Shown here in pieces: positions 1 through 10,562 of a stretch of DNA of 64,000 nt (positions are counted from its first letter, which is position 1; every line of letters starts with the position of its first letter). The notes beneath the pieces were generated by a model, which saw only the letters and a list, made by a program, of their open reading frames with translations, searched no databases and had not been told where the DNA came from. Source of the stretch: an uncultured delta proteobacterium (GTDB taxonomy: Bacteria; Desulfobacterota; Binatia; UBA9968); NCBI GenBank assembly GCA_963755715.1, contig CAVWLW010000076.1:1-64000 (forward strand). Reading direction: 5' to 3'. The position numbers and the translations under genes are program-made.

Positions 1-339
1 CCGTACCGTCACCAATTGGAAACGCTACGCCATCGATTTGGCCCGCAAGGGTGTGTAAGGTGATGACCGGCTTTTGCTGGGTGACGCCCGGCCAAGGGAC
101 GCCGGTATCAACAACGTCATTTGGATGTAGTGCCCTGCGCCGACGCCTTTGCACTGCGTCAGCGTGAGTGAACAGATTAATTGCAAACGGAGGCACTCCG
201 GAAAGGGTGTATCTCCCTTGAACTTTTAGTTGCTATGTTTGATTAAACGGATCGAGATGATTTTTAAAATTCCCATTTCCTTTGTCGATGGGTGTTTAAT
301 GGGACGGCGGCGATCAACAGCGGTATCTGGGGGAAGTAC

Positions 340-1450
340 AATCATTAACCGAAGATATCATCAGAAACCTCGGCACCAGCATCTTCGAGACGCTGTTGGC
401 GGACGTATACATGAGGGCGTTTTAGCATGGGGATGACACCGACGGAAGCGGAACTGGCCAGGCTCTTTTCGGCCTCGCGCTCGACTATTGCCCGCGCCAT
501 GCGGGAGTTGAAGCAAAGGTCTGCTGAGTCGCCAGCGGGCGGCGGCACCCGCATCACCCAACAGGAGAACGCATCGCGCTGTTCACCCCCTTCACGCAAA
601 GCCCTTCGGATCTTGGTTATCAGCAGGCCAGTCACCGCGCCGCCTGTCGGAGCTGGCGGGTGAGGCGGAATATCTGCAGCTGCTGCAACGTCGGACAGCA
701 TGGACGGCGATGGGCTGGAGCCAGATGCTGGCAGCGGCACCACCATTAATCAGCAGGGCGGCGCCGAAATGTATCTATGCTGACGCCGAACTCCCCAAGG
801 CGAAAGTCATTACAACAACTGGCGTTGAATATCCTGCTGACCGTTGCGGGCCTTAGCGGTGATGTGCGTCGACCGCGATATCGTCGCGTTTCCAGATCAT
901 CGCAGCAAACTGACGCTGGTGACGTACGACAATGGCGGGGCGGATATTCCTGACCGACCGCCTGATATAAGCAGGGGTGTAAACGCATCGCGTTCATTGG
1001 CTCGCCGTCTGTGTCCAGTGCGGCCTCCGATAAACTCACAGCTATGTCAACGCGCTGGAGGCAAACGGCCTGCCGGTTGATCCGAAGCTGATTCGTCCGG
1101 CGATTTTCGATGATTTCAACGAAGCCTTCTGTCGTTTCGTTGATGGCCGAGAAGCCGGATGCGGTGGATTTGCAGAAGATGGATCACTACGCCGCGTTAC
1201 TCGGCCGCCAGCTCGTCGCGATGGGTTTGACGATTGGCAAGGACGTGATGCTGGCCGGTTTTGATGACGAGCCTTTCGCCGGGCTGCTGCCGGTGCCGTT
1301 GACCACGATTCACTTCCACCACGATCCGTTTGCCCAGATCTGCTATAAGCACTGGTGTTTCACAAATGGCCAATCCCGCTGTACCCGTCCCAGGCATGAC
1401 ATTGATCGATGTAGAGTTGGTCGTCCGCGCTCGACTGCGGCTGCCGAACC
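340..1450 (+). CDS. GntR-family regulator with LacI-type ligand-binding domain (AraR-like); multiply frameshifted, boundaries approximate
   Basis: Frames give KPRHQHLRD..., PTEAELARLFSASRSTIARAMRELK (GntR wHTH) and C-terminal GKDVMLAGFDDEPFAGLLPVPLTTI (LacI/periplasmic-binding-like); lies upstream of a glycosidase. Confidence 0.7.
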
Positions 1451-1752
1451 GGCAGAATGCCCGCCGCCTCCCATCCCCATTTCCCCGCCTTCGGGACTGT
1501 TATAAAATATCCTCGCTAAAAAGGGCTGCCGGTCGAAATCCTCTGGCCTGTAGCTCGGCGCAATCCATGGGATTCAATCGCTCGTCTTTGTGCCGGTTAT
1601 GGAGTCTGAAATGTATTGAATTATCGCGGATTTTGTATTTATCGCCCTTAGATCGCCCGGATAGTTTGCTCCAACATTGAATCACAACGGTAGTTCCTGG
1701 CGGTTCGCGGCCTGGTCGGGTTTACCCGTCAGCTCCGGTCTGGAGGAAACAG

Positions 1753-3738
1753 ATGCGTGCTAAAGCCTGGGTTGCGGTGGCGGGACTGGCGGGTCTGCTG
1801 GCATGGCGCTGGTCGCGAACCAATCCTCAACCCGGCGATGCCCGATGCTCACGCGGCCGTGCCGAATCGCGCACACTGGCGCAAGAGACGCCCTTCGTGC
1901 GTCTGCCGCTCGGCAGCGTCCATCCGGAGGGGTGGCTGCTGCGACAGCTGGAACTGCAAAAGGCCGGGCTGACCGGGTCGGCAAGAAGCTGTACGATGCC
2001 CTCGCGTCGAGCTCCGGCTGGCTCGGGGGCAACGGCGACGGCTGGGAAAAGGCGGCTTTTATTACGTCAAAGGGCTGATCGCCTTGGCACATACGCTGGG
2101 CAACAGGAACTTCAGCACCGTGCCCGGAAGTGGATCGACTGGACCCTGCAAAGCCAGCGGCCGGATGGTTCCTTCGGCCCCGCGTCCAATGACGATTGGT
2201 GGCCGCGGATGATCGTGCTGTTTTATCTGCGCGATACGCTGAAGCGACCGGCGATTCACGAGTCATTCCTTCCAGAATTACTTCCGCTATCAACTCAAGG
2301 CCTTGCCCCATCGGCCGCTCCATGATTGGGGACGCACCACCGGCAGGCGACAACATCGACGTTGTCCTCTGGACCTACAACCGCACCGGCGAGCGTTCCC
2401 TGCTCGACCTGGCGAAGCTGCTCTACGATCAGGCGTACCCGTGGACTTCGATCTTCACGGACAACCGCTTCTACGGCTTCGGCGACGATTTTCAGCCGCA
2501 CCACATCGTCAATGTCAGCCAGGCGCTGAAGATGCCGGCGGTCAGTTGGCAGTTCACGCACAACGAGGCGGACCGCGACGCCTTCGCTGCTGGTGTCGCG
2601 AATTTGCAACGCCAGTACCAGGGCGCATCAATGGAGAAGGTAAGCAGCACGAAATGCTCTGGGCTTGAAGCACGACGGCGTCGAACTGTGTGCAGATGTC
2701 GAGCGGATCATCTCCCACAGCGGCATCGCGATCGATATTCTCGGCGACCCCGCACTGGGGGACCAGATGGAAAAAGTCGCCTACAACTCGCTGCCGGGCC
2801 ACACCGACCCCCGGATGCGGCAGATCACCTACTACCAGTTGTAAACAAGCCACTTGCACTTTCGGCGGTCACGGATTCACGCAGGACTACGGCAACGGCA
2901 ACATGCCGGGCCCGTATTCGGGGTTCCCCTGCTGCTGCTATAATTGGCATACAGCGTGGCCGAAGTTGCGTGCGGCGCATATAGCGGCCTGGACGCAGAC
3001 GATGGCGGGTTACTGCGCTCATCGCATACGGACCCAACCGCGTAAGCACACCGTTGTCGGCGGCGTGCCGGTCACGATCACGCAAACGACCGACTACCCA
3101 TTCAATCCGGGCGTCACGCTCCAGATCGAGCCGCAGCGGGCCGCAAAATTCCCGCTGGTGCTGCGGCGACCCGGGGTGGTGCAAAGCCCCGCAGATCATC
3201 GTCAACGGCAAGGCCGTAGCGGATGTCGAGGCCGGCACTTTCCACCGCATCGAGCAAATGGAAACAGGGCGATACCGTCGCGATCAAGTTCCCCATGATC
3301 GTGCGGGCGCTCGACATGGACCCGCAACTCCATTGGCCTCGAGCGGGCCGCTGAGCGTTCTCGCTGGCGATCAAGGAGCAGTCAGAAAACCCAGCAGTAC
3401 ATGGGTGATTTCGATGAATACGAAGTGTTGCCGGGATCCCCGTGGAACTACGCGTTGCAGGTCGATCGCATTGCCCCGGAAGTCTCGGTGCAGACGCGGC
3501 CGGTGTCGGATGTGCCTTTCGATAGCGACGCTGCTCCGGTGGTGCTGACGATGCCGGCCAAAGCGCCTGCCGTCGTGGGACCTGCGGACGTTGCCGGGCG
3601 GCCAACCGGAGCGAAGAGGTCCGACGAACCGCCGATGAGTCCGGTGACCTCGGACCAGCCGACCGAACAAGTCAAGCTGATCCCATTCGGCTCGCCGAGC
3701 TGCACGTGAGCTATTTCCCGGTGTTGCAGGCGAAGTGA
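1753..3738 (+). CDS. GH127/GH146-like beta-L-arabinofuranosidase, multiply frameshifted
   Basis: Motifs across frames: LPLGSVHPEGWLLRQLELQKAGLTG, GWLGGNGDGWE, WWPRMI, HIVNVSQALKMP, ELCADVE, PCCCYNWHTAWPK, TDYPF, LIPFG. Confidence 0.8.
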
Positions 3739-3778
3739 CCCACTCGTTTCCCAACGCACGCGGCGGGCGGGTCTTCCC

Positions 3779-4367
3779 TCACGCGTCCTTTTTCCGCAGG
3801 GCCTTGATCTTGTGATGCACTTTGGGGGTGACGTGGAACGTCACTTCACATCTGCCGACGCACTTCGCGGTCTTGCTTGCCGAGCGGTTGCTGCATGATG
3901 TCCATGTCGAGAACGGTGTTGAATTCGCCGCCGCGGGCGACGAACTCGGCCAAGGTTGTCGCGGCTCTTCATGCGGTAGACGGCCGGGCCGAGGCAGGGG
4001 CGGAGGAAGGTGTAGTTGAGGTTTTTGCAAGACGACGGTGTATTCGCTCCCACAGATGCCCCGAAGACATACATGCCGCCGGCGATTTCGGCATTGCCGA
4101 GCAGCGCACCGCCGGCCATCGCGCAATACCAGGTTGCAGTAGAACCGCCGGAACGGCAGATAGGCCGCGTAGCTGTCATGCCCGATCTGGCGCGTGCGGA
4201 TGCCGCTGAAAAAGGCCAGCGGAAGCCAGATGAACGAGCAGATGCTGTGCCAGAAATTGTCGCGCGTGCTCAGTTTGCTGATGTACGCTTGACCTTGTCG
4301 ATCCACGTGGCACAGCAGCTGGGGAGCCGGGGGCGCGGCGGTGGGGTCGTCTCGGGCACTGGGTCAT
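3779..4367 (-). CDS. Hypothetical protein, possible hot-dog fold/thioesterase-like; frameshifted
   Basis: Joined frames: LPFRRFYCNWYCAMAGGALLGNAEIAGG...CKNLNYTFLRPCLGP...CEVTFHV. Confidence 0.45.
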
Positions 4368-4574
4368 TAACAGCGGGTGAATCCATCGGTCGTTTCTTCG
4401 TAAAAAACCAAAACGTCGAAAAGCTGCCGTATACCTTGGCCGTTTTTTGTACGGCGGATCAAGCCTGGCATCAACCGGTAGGCGGACCGCAAAAAGGCAG
4501 AAGACGGAAAGAATTCTGCCTGCTGCGTTTGGTCATCTGCCAACTCCAGCCATAACTGATATGATAGGCGGCCC

Positions 4575-5771
4575 ATGAAGCATTCCCCGATTTTGCCGGT
4601 GACTTCGCTCTCGATGTTGGTCGTGCTGGGTCTGGCGGGTTGTGGTGGTGATGAGAACAGCCCCACGCCCATGCCCCCGTCGCCGAACGCGCCGGTGAAT
4701 CGACCCTCTCAACCCCCGGCACGCCCACGCCCCCGGAACCGGCACCAAAACCGCGAACACGCCCTTCGTGCCGGCGAATGCCAAATACACGATCATCTGC
4801 ACCCGCTATGCCGGCGGCGGGCATGTGCGGCACAGCGCGAAGGACAACCTCATCCGCAAGACCGGGCAACGCGATTTCTACGTCGTTCACCGAAGAGAGC
4901 CAGAGCACGCTCTACTTCGGCTATTACACGCAGATCGCCCGAGCCATGGACCGGGTCGAAGCGCAGCGGGCCAAGCAGGATTTGATGTTCCTGCGGTCGT
5001 TGCAGGATTCCTCGGGCAACAAGCTGTTTCCCGGCTGCTTGAAGGAAGCCCTCCCCCTGGCCGACCCGAACGGCCCGCCGGAATACGACTTGGCCCGGAT
5101 CGACAGTGACAAGGCCCCGGATGACCCGAGCCGGCACCTCTGGTCCATCGCGATCGCCGCCTATACGGTCGATGCCGTGGGGCAGGGGGACGATTACGGC
5201 AAGAACCGCAAACAACTGGCGGTGGAATCAGTCATCGCCGCCCGCAAGGCCGGATACGAGGCCTATTACTACCACGGCCCGAGCGTCGAGCACGGTTTGC
5301 GTCGGTACCTGGCCGCGCTCGGCCGTGAAGGAACAGGAAAGCACCGACGCCCACTCCAATGCCGATACGGGACAGGATCTGGTCGTCGCGGCGTCTCCCT
5401 TGCCCGAGGGAATGGCCAAGCAGATCGAAAATTCCGGCCGCGACATCAAGGTGATTCAGCCGAAGATCGAGGTGCTCGATCGCTCCATGCTGGCCATGCA
5501 GCAACGATTCCACGACTACAGCGTCAACGGCGAGACCCAGGTGAACCGCATCACCGACCCCCGCACGGGCAAGGCCACCGATCGGACCCAGCCGAGCTTC
5601 CTGGTGCAAATCCCGCAGTTACAGGCGTCGCTGCTTCGAGCCGATGAACCGCAGACCCCGGCGGGTTCCCCGGACACGGCGGTCGTTCCGATAATCATAA
5701 ACCCCTTGGCTCCCCGACAGTACCGGCGGCCAACTGCGATCGATCGGCCGATGATGAAGGGGCGACGATGA
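4575..5771 (+). CDS. Hypothetical lipoprotein, frameshifted
   Basis: Signal peptide with lipobox LVVLGLAGC, a Pro-rich linker, then coding-like frames 4778-5771. Confidence 0.55.
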
Positions 5772-6384
5772 AACTGCTCATGGCCACCACCAACGCGGGC
5801 AAAGCACCAAGTTTGCCACCATGCTCGGCGATGCCGGCTTCGACTGGTGCGATCTCTCGGCCGTCAAAGACGTTGGCGACGTCGAGGAGACCGGCCAAAC
5901 ATTTCTTGCCAACGCCTGCCTCAAGGCCAGCGAGTACGCCAAAAAGACCGGCCTCTGGACCCTCGCCGATGACAGTGGGCTGGAGGTCGATGCTCTCGAC
6001 GGCAAGCCGGGCGTCACCGGCGCCCGCTGGGCGGGCGCCCCCGCCGTGCCGGCACAGGGAGACGCGGCCAACAACCAGCTCCTGCTGCGGCAACTCGTGG
6101 ATGTGCCGGAAGATCGGCCCACTGCGAGCGGTTCGTCTGCACGCTCGCTTTGGCCGACCCGACAGGAATTGTCCGGGCGACCACGGCACCGAGTAGAAGG
6201 GCATATCATCCGGGAACCGCGGACGAACGGATTCGGGTACGACCCGCTTTTTGGGCTTGTAGATCGGGGGCTGACGATGGCCGAACTCTGGCAGCCAAAG
6301 ACGACCTCAGCCACCGTGGCCGCGGTCCGGCGGATGACGCCGCTGCTGCGAATGATTCTGAACGAAGAGAAGGCGAAGCGATGA
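5768..6384 (+). CDS. rdgB: Non-canonical purine NTP pyrophosphatase (RdgB/HAM1), frameshifted
   Basis: MKLLMATTNAGK, EETGQTFLANACLKA, ADDSGLEVDALDGKPGV, GFGYDPLF, and SHRG in a shifted frame. Confidence 0.9.
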
Positions 6385-6792
6385 GTAAAATTCTAGTGGC
6401 AGTCTCCCTCGGCCTTGGCGGCGGAACGGCTGATGAACCGGTGAGCGACCTCGCACCAGTTGGACGCCGATGTGCTGGTCATTCACGTCTCCGCCCCAGC
6501 AGCGGGCCAAGCCGCGAAAACGAAGAGGCCGAAGGGGATAAAGCGGTCCGCACCCTCCAGGAAGGCGTCGGCGTCCACGGCATCAACGTGCAGACCCTGC
6601 TCATGTTCAGCGACGACATCGCCCGCGCCATTCTCAACACCGCCGACGAACAACAGGCCACGCTCCTGCCCTCGGTTTGACCGGCAAGAACGTCTTCGCC
6701 CGCCTGCTCGCGGGAAATGTCCCGGTGGAATTGATCCGCAACACAGAAAGATCCCCGTGCTGCTGTTCCCGCCGGAGTTCAAGGAAGTGTAA
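6381..6792 (+). CDS. Universal stress protein (UspA family), frameshifted
   Basis: MSKILVAV..., VLVIHV, DDIARAILNTADE, LLAGNV..., IPVLLFPP; ATGA overlap with rdgB. Confidence 0.75.
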
Positions 6793-6833
6793 GACTGATT
6801 CCCATTCGGTAGCCGGGGCGTCCTCGCCAGCAT

Positions 6834-7580
6834 CTATCGCGGGCTGATCGCCACCGAAGAAGCGGTGGACGCGCCTGCCGCCGGGCGCGCGGCGTGGCGT
6901 CCTTCGCGGGCGCTGGTCTTGGGTTCGTGCTTCAATTCCACCACGCGTCCGGCGGCGGCGATGAACAATCGGCGGCCAGGGCGCTGACCGATGCGGACGC
7001 CGCCGGTGAAGCTGCCGAACGCCGGGAGGATCAGCAACTCCGGTTCGACGACGAAGCAGGAGCTTCGCGCCGCTGCCGTCGATAGTCGGCGGACCACACC
7101 TGCGGGTGGATGTGCCCGGCCAGCGTCGGACCGCCGCGCACTTCGAGCGGGTCGTGAACGAACATTCGACCCCATCCTGAATGTACGGCGAAATGATTTC
7201 CTCGAAAGCGAGAATCGGGTCGGTCGCACCGGCACGGCGGTCGTGATTGCCGAGAATGAGTTCGATCCGCAGATCCGCGTGCCGCCGCCGCCAGAGGAGC
7301 AAATGATCGTTCGCCGCGTGCGCCTGTCGGGCGCATGCAGAAAATCGCCGAGGATCAGCAGGCGTTGGGCCCGGTTGTTGCTCGAGCAGCGCATGCGGTA
7401 GAGGTCTTCGCGGTGGTGCCGCCGGGCACGGGGACGCCCAGCACAAAGGTCGCGGCCTTGCCCGACGTGGACATCGGCGACAATCAGCGTCCGCTGTGCC
7501 CAGACCCAGTACATCGCCCGGTCGCCGAGCAATTCGAACGCCTGTCCGCCGAAGTGGATCGCTGCTGGCATCAGCGACAT
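6834..7580 (-). CDS. pdeM: Ligase-associated DNA damage response endonuclease PdeM (metallophosphoesterase), frameshifted
   Basis: TLIVADVHVG, LLILGDFLHA, ILGNHD, GHIHP and LILPAFGSFTGG motifs. Confidence 0.8.
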   Translation of the reverse strand: MSLMPAAIHFGGQAFELLGDRAMYWVWAQRTLIVADVHVGQGRDLCAGRPRARRHHREDLYRMRCSSNNRAQRLLILGDFLHAPDRRTRRTIICSSGGGGTRICGSNSFSAITTAVPVRPTRFSLSRKSFRRTFRMGSNVRSRPARSARRSDAGRAHPPAGVVRRLSTAAARSSCFVVEPELLILPAFGSFTGGVRIGQRPGRRLFIAAAGRVVELKHEPKTSAREGRHAARPAAGASTASSVAISPR

Positions 7581-7674
7581 CGTAGTTCAAGCCAGGAGGG
7601 AGGCAGAAGGCAGTATAAAAAGCTTTTCCGCCTATTCCTCCGTCGGGCCTAAGAGAAACAGCATCGCCCCGACA

Positions 7675-8489
7675 GGCGAAGCCATGCCGCGTGTTCTGGG
7701 TTAAGCCCTTCCAGACCATGATCGGCACGAAGTGCACGCTGACCGTGCTGTAAGCGGCGACACGCACCGTCATGCCGATCACGAAGAGCCAAAAAACCAT
7801 GGTCTGCATGGCTTCACGCAAGGTCGGGTCGATCGCAACGGATTTCTTGCGTGATGGATTCGTCGCGTCGCTGCTATTCGTTGCCTGCGTTCGCGGCAAG
7901 TCGCCGTCCGGCAGAAGTCCCATACTTTCCGGCGAAGGACGCACGCCGATACTGAGAGGTATGCCTATGACCAGGAAAGTGTCCGGCGAGTATCGCGCCC
8001 CAACGCCATCCCCATGCCTGCACCGCCATTGCGAAGAGCGGCGTCAGTAAAGTTGCCGCCGATGGGGACGGCTGAGCTGATGATGGTCATGGCGCGCGCG
8101 CGGTGGCGAATGAACCAGGTATTGCCGACGGCCATCGAGGCGTGGACGAAACCGGGCGTAAAAGATAGCGAGATAATGCCGAGATAGACGATCAGGAAAG
8201 TCGTGTAGTCGTCCACCCAGGCGAGCAGGATATAGCCGATGCCGCACAAAACCGTGGCGAGAAGGATCATCGGCCGCGGACCGAAACGGTCGATCAGGTA
8301 GCCGACGAAGGGACCTTCGAGCGCACCTTCGGCGCGGGCGAGAGAGAACGCCAGCGATGTCGCTGCGCGGCTCAAGCCGAGATCTTGGCTGAGAGGAAGA
8401 AAGAAAACGGTGAAACCATAGTTGTGCAGCCCGCCACCAAGAACTCGCATGGCGGAAACCAGACCCACCATGCGCCAGCCGTAAAACAT
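7675..8489 (-). CDS. MFS transporter, frameshifted and truncated (C-terminal half missing)
   Basis: MFYGWRMV...GFTVFFLPLSQDLGLSRA...GYLIDRFGPR; continues TLREAMQTMVFWL...HFVPIMVWKGLTQ, then loses similarity near 7675. Confidence 0.8.
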
Positions 8490-8600
8490 CCGCGAAAAAA
8501 ATCTAGGTAGCGATTCCAGTGATGCGCCTCAAAGCTGTTTTGGTGCTGTTCGTTTTTCCCAGAAGCAGGGAGTGAAGGCAAGGAGAAAGTGCAGCACCTC

Positions 8601-8753
8601 GTTCGCAGGGAATGATCGCTCGGAGAGGCTGGCCGTTGCGTTCGTGCAGCGAGATGTGACGGGACTCGCTGCCGCGCGCCGGCAGATCGAATAACGTCCA
8701 CTGTCCGGTGCTCCGATTGTACTTCGCGACTTTGTCTGTGCTCTAAAGGTTGG
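8601..8753 (-). pseudogene. Degenerate copy of the 3' end of the beta-propeller gene at 10563-12425
   Basis: High nucleotide similarity to 10641-10793, with an in-frame TGG->TAG change. Confidence 0.8.
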
Positions 8754-8857
8754 GTGACGAAATCGGGATAGGCCTTGTTATCCAGACAAAAGAACTAAGG
8801 TTCATCGTGTAATCGAGTGGGTGAAAATTAATGGCAGATTACCTCCCATGGACGGTG

Positions 8858-8892
8858 CCTCCCTTTTGTAAAGGGAGGTTAGGAGGGATTTT
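8858..8892. repeat. REP-like hairpin, left of DUF559
   Basis: CCTCCCTTT-TGT-AAAGGGAGG-TTAGGAGGGATTT; inverted relative to 9241-9273. Confidence 0.7.
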
Positions 8893-9238
8893 TTACAGCT
8901 TGAAAGATCGCCTCCAGCACAGACTCTGTTTGTAGCAACGCTTGTCGGTCGTCGAAACGCAAGACTTTCAATCCTTGCTGCTCGAGATACCTGGTCCGTT
9001 GGGTGTCGTATTTTGCTTGTCCGAGTTCCAAATGCTGAGCTCCGTCGAGTTCGACGACCCGTTTTACTGCCGGTGCATAAAAATCAGCGATGTAGTTGCC
9101 GATGGGTTTTTGCCTATAGAATTGCACGCCAAGAATTTGTTTTCGCCGCAAGCGGTACCCTAGGTGTAGCTCGGCGTCGGTCGGATTTGTCCGCAAGGAG
9201 CGAGCTTTGGTCTTAAGTCGGCGGTTGTAGGGTAACAT
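8879..9238 (-). CDS. DUF559 / very-short-patch-repair-like endonuclease
   Basis: ARSLRTNPTDAE, FYRQKPIGNYIADFY, VVELDGAQH, RTRYLEQQGLKVLRF. Confidence 0.9.
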   Translation of the reverse strand: MLPYNRRLKTKARSLRTNPTDAELHLGYRLRRKQILGVQFYRQKPIGNYIADFYAPAVKRVVELDGAQHLELGQAKYDTQRTRYLEQQGLKVLRFDDRQALLQTESVLEAIFQAVKNPS

Positions 9239-9240
9239 CG

Positions 9241-9273
9241 AAAATCCCCCCAACCCCCTTTTCCTAAGGGGGG
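9241..9273. repeat. REP-like hairpin, right of DUF559
   Basis: AAATCCCCCCAACCCCCTTTTCCTAAGGGGGG; approximate reverse complement of the left copy. Confidence 0.7.
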
Positions 9274-9388
9274 CAAACTCCTACGAACAGCATTTCTTAG
9301 CAAATTTCACCCACTCGATTACGCCAAGAGCCAGAACTAATTTGCAAATTCTCCATGCGCTTACGACTTGCCGCGTTGAGACAAACGC

Positions 9389-9419
9389 GGGGACCCGGTG
9401 GTCCATGACACCGGGTCCT
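9389..9419 (-). terminator. GC-rich hairpin downstream of the Spy-like gene
   Basis: GGACCCGGTG...CACCGGGTCC stem; weak U-tract. Confidence 0.45.
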
Positions 9420-9468
9420 CGATAGGCTTGCCGCGAGGGCGCGCTCGCAGGCTAATGGTGAGGTGGAG

Positions 9469-9948
9469 TTATTGGTTTTGTTGCCGCAATGACTTCCACG
9501 CGTTCTCGCGTTGATCTCGGTTGGCCTGTAGCTGGCTATACAAGGTTGTGACTTGGTTCTTTTGCGTTGAGTTCAACATCGACCATACCTGCTGAAACAG
9601 GCTCAATCGCTCTTGCTTGAGTTGAGTTTCTAAGCCGTTAACTTGGCTTAATAGATTACTGTCGGCCGTGCCGGTGGAATAAAGCGCGGTGTTGAGCTGT
9701 TCGCGCAGCGACCTGAGCTGGCTGAACAACGGCTGGGAATTCTCCCGGTTGCTTTTTATGAGACTCTGCACCTGGGTCTTTTGATCGCCCGTCAGTTGGG
9801 CGGCACGCATTAGGAAAAATAAATTGGGGCCTCCCGCACCCGCGCCCCGCCGATGTTGCATCTGCGCGAAAGCCGGGCCAAACCACAATCCGACGGCCAG
9901 CAATGCAAGAAACGCTGTCAGTCTGAAATGCTTCGTTTTGAAAATCAT
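9469..9948 (-). CDS. Spy/CpxP-family periplasmic protein
   Basis: RBS AGGAGG, signal peptide ending AFA, LTGDQK and LNSTQK (LTxxQ-like) motifs, helical Gln-rich body. Confidence 0.75.
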   Translation of the reverse strand: MIFKTKHFRLTAFLALLAVGLWFGPAFAQMQHRRGAGAGGPNLFFLMRAAQLTGDQKTQVQSLIKSNRENSQPLFSQLRSLREQLNTALYSTGTADSNLLSQVNGLETQLKQERLSLFQQVWSMLNSTQKNQVTTLYSQLQANRDQRENAWKSLRQQNQ

Positions 9949-10562
9949 AGAGCCTCCTTTTGAGTCATTCATCGCACAGCCAATTAAATGTCCGAGGCCG
10001 TCAATCTGCACAAGCCGCCTATCGTGGCCCTAACCTCGCATCCTGACTTTTGCAGAGTTCCCTTCTCGGTTCTGAATTTTTGTGAACCGCCCACGACGAT
10101 TGCAATTTAGCGACATCGACATCCTATCTCCGCCTAGAACAAAATGCCGGTGCAATAATCGCACCGTCGACGACGTTGCTCACAATCAACAAAGCCAATC
10201 GATTAACATAGGCCTCCTTTGGTTTGGACTCCGACTTTGTGCGCCATGGATATAACTTAGACGCCGGCGTGAGGAATAGTGTTTACGTGAGAGCGCACGG
10301 CAACCCGTCGACGGTTGGAATAACCGGAAATTGATTCGAAGGGTTTCGCGAACGACAGAACAGCCACACAACTCTGTCTCGTTAGTGTGGCGATGTTGCG
10401 TGATTTGAGCGGTAAACTCGGTCGGCGAGTAAGTAGATCGATTCGCGAAACGAATTCAGAATCCTGAATCGCGTCTGACCCAGTTAGCTGCGCCGGTCAA
10501 CGTGGCGGAAAGTGGTCTCGTACGGCGACAAGTCATCAGAGCGAACCCCCCCAATGGGCGCT

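Larger units (their letters stand above)
8799..9332. mobile_element. Non-autonomous TIR element (mobile cassette/MITE) carrying a DUF559 gene
   Basis: 28-bp TIRs at 8799-8826 and 9305-9332 (24/28 match; inner 18 bp GTAATCGAGTGGGTGAAA perfect), flanked by the 8-bp direct repeat AGAACTAA (8791-8798, 9333-9340); no transposase. Confidence 0.8.

Noticed and set aside
6634-7944. 436-aa ORF suggesting an MFS-PdeM fusion
   Set aside because: It is a chance read-through across the suspected chimeric junction and frameshifted sequence.
10150-10220. RBS-ATG (GGAGG..ATG, MLIDWLC) on the minus strand
   Set aside because: It stops after 7 codons; at most a remnant.
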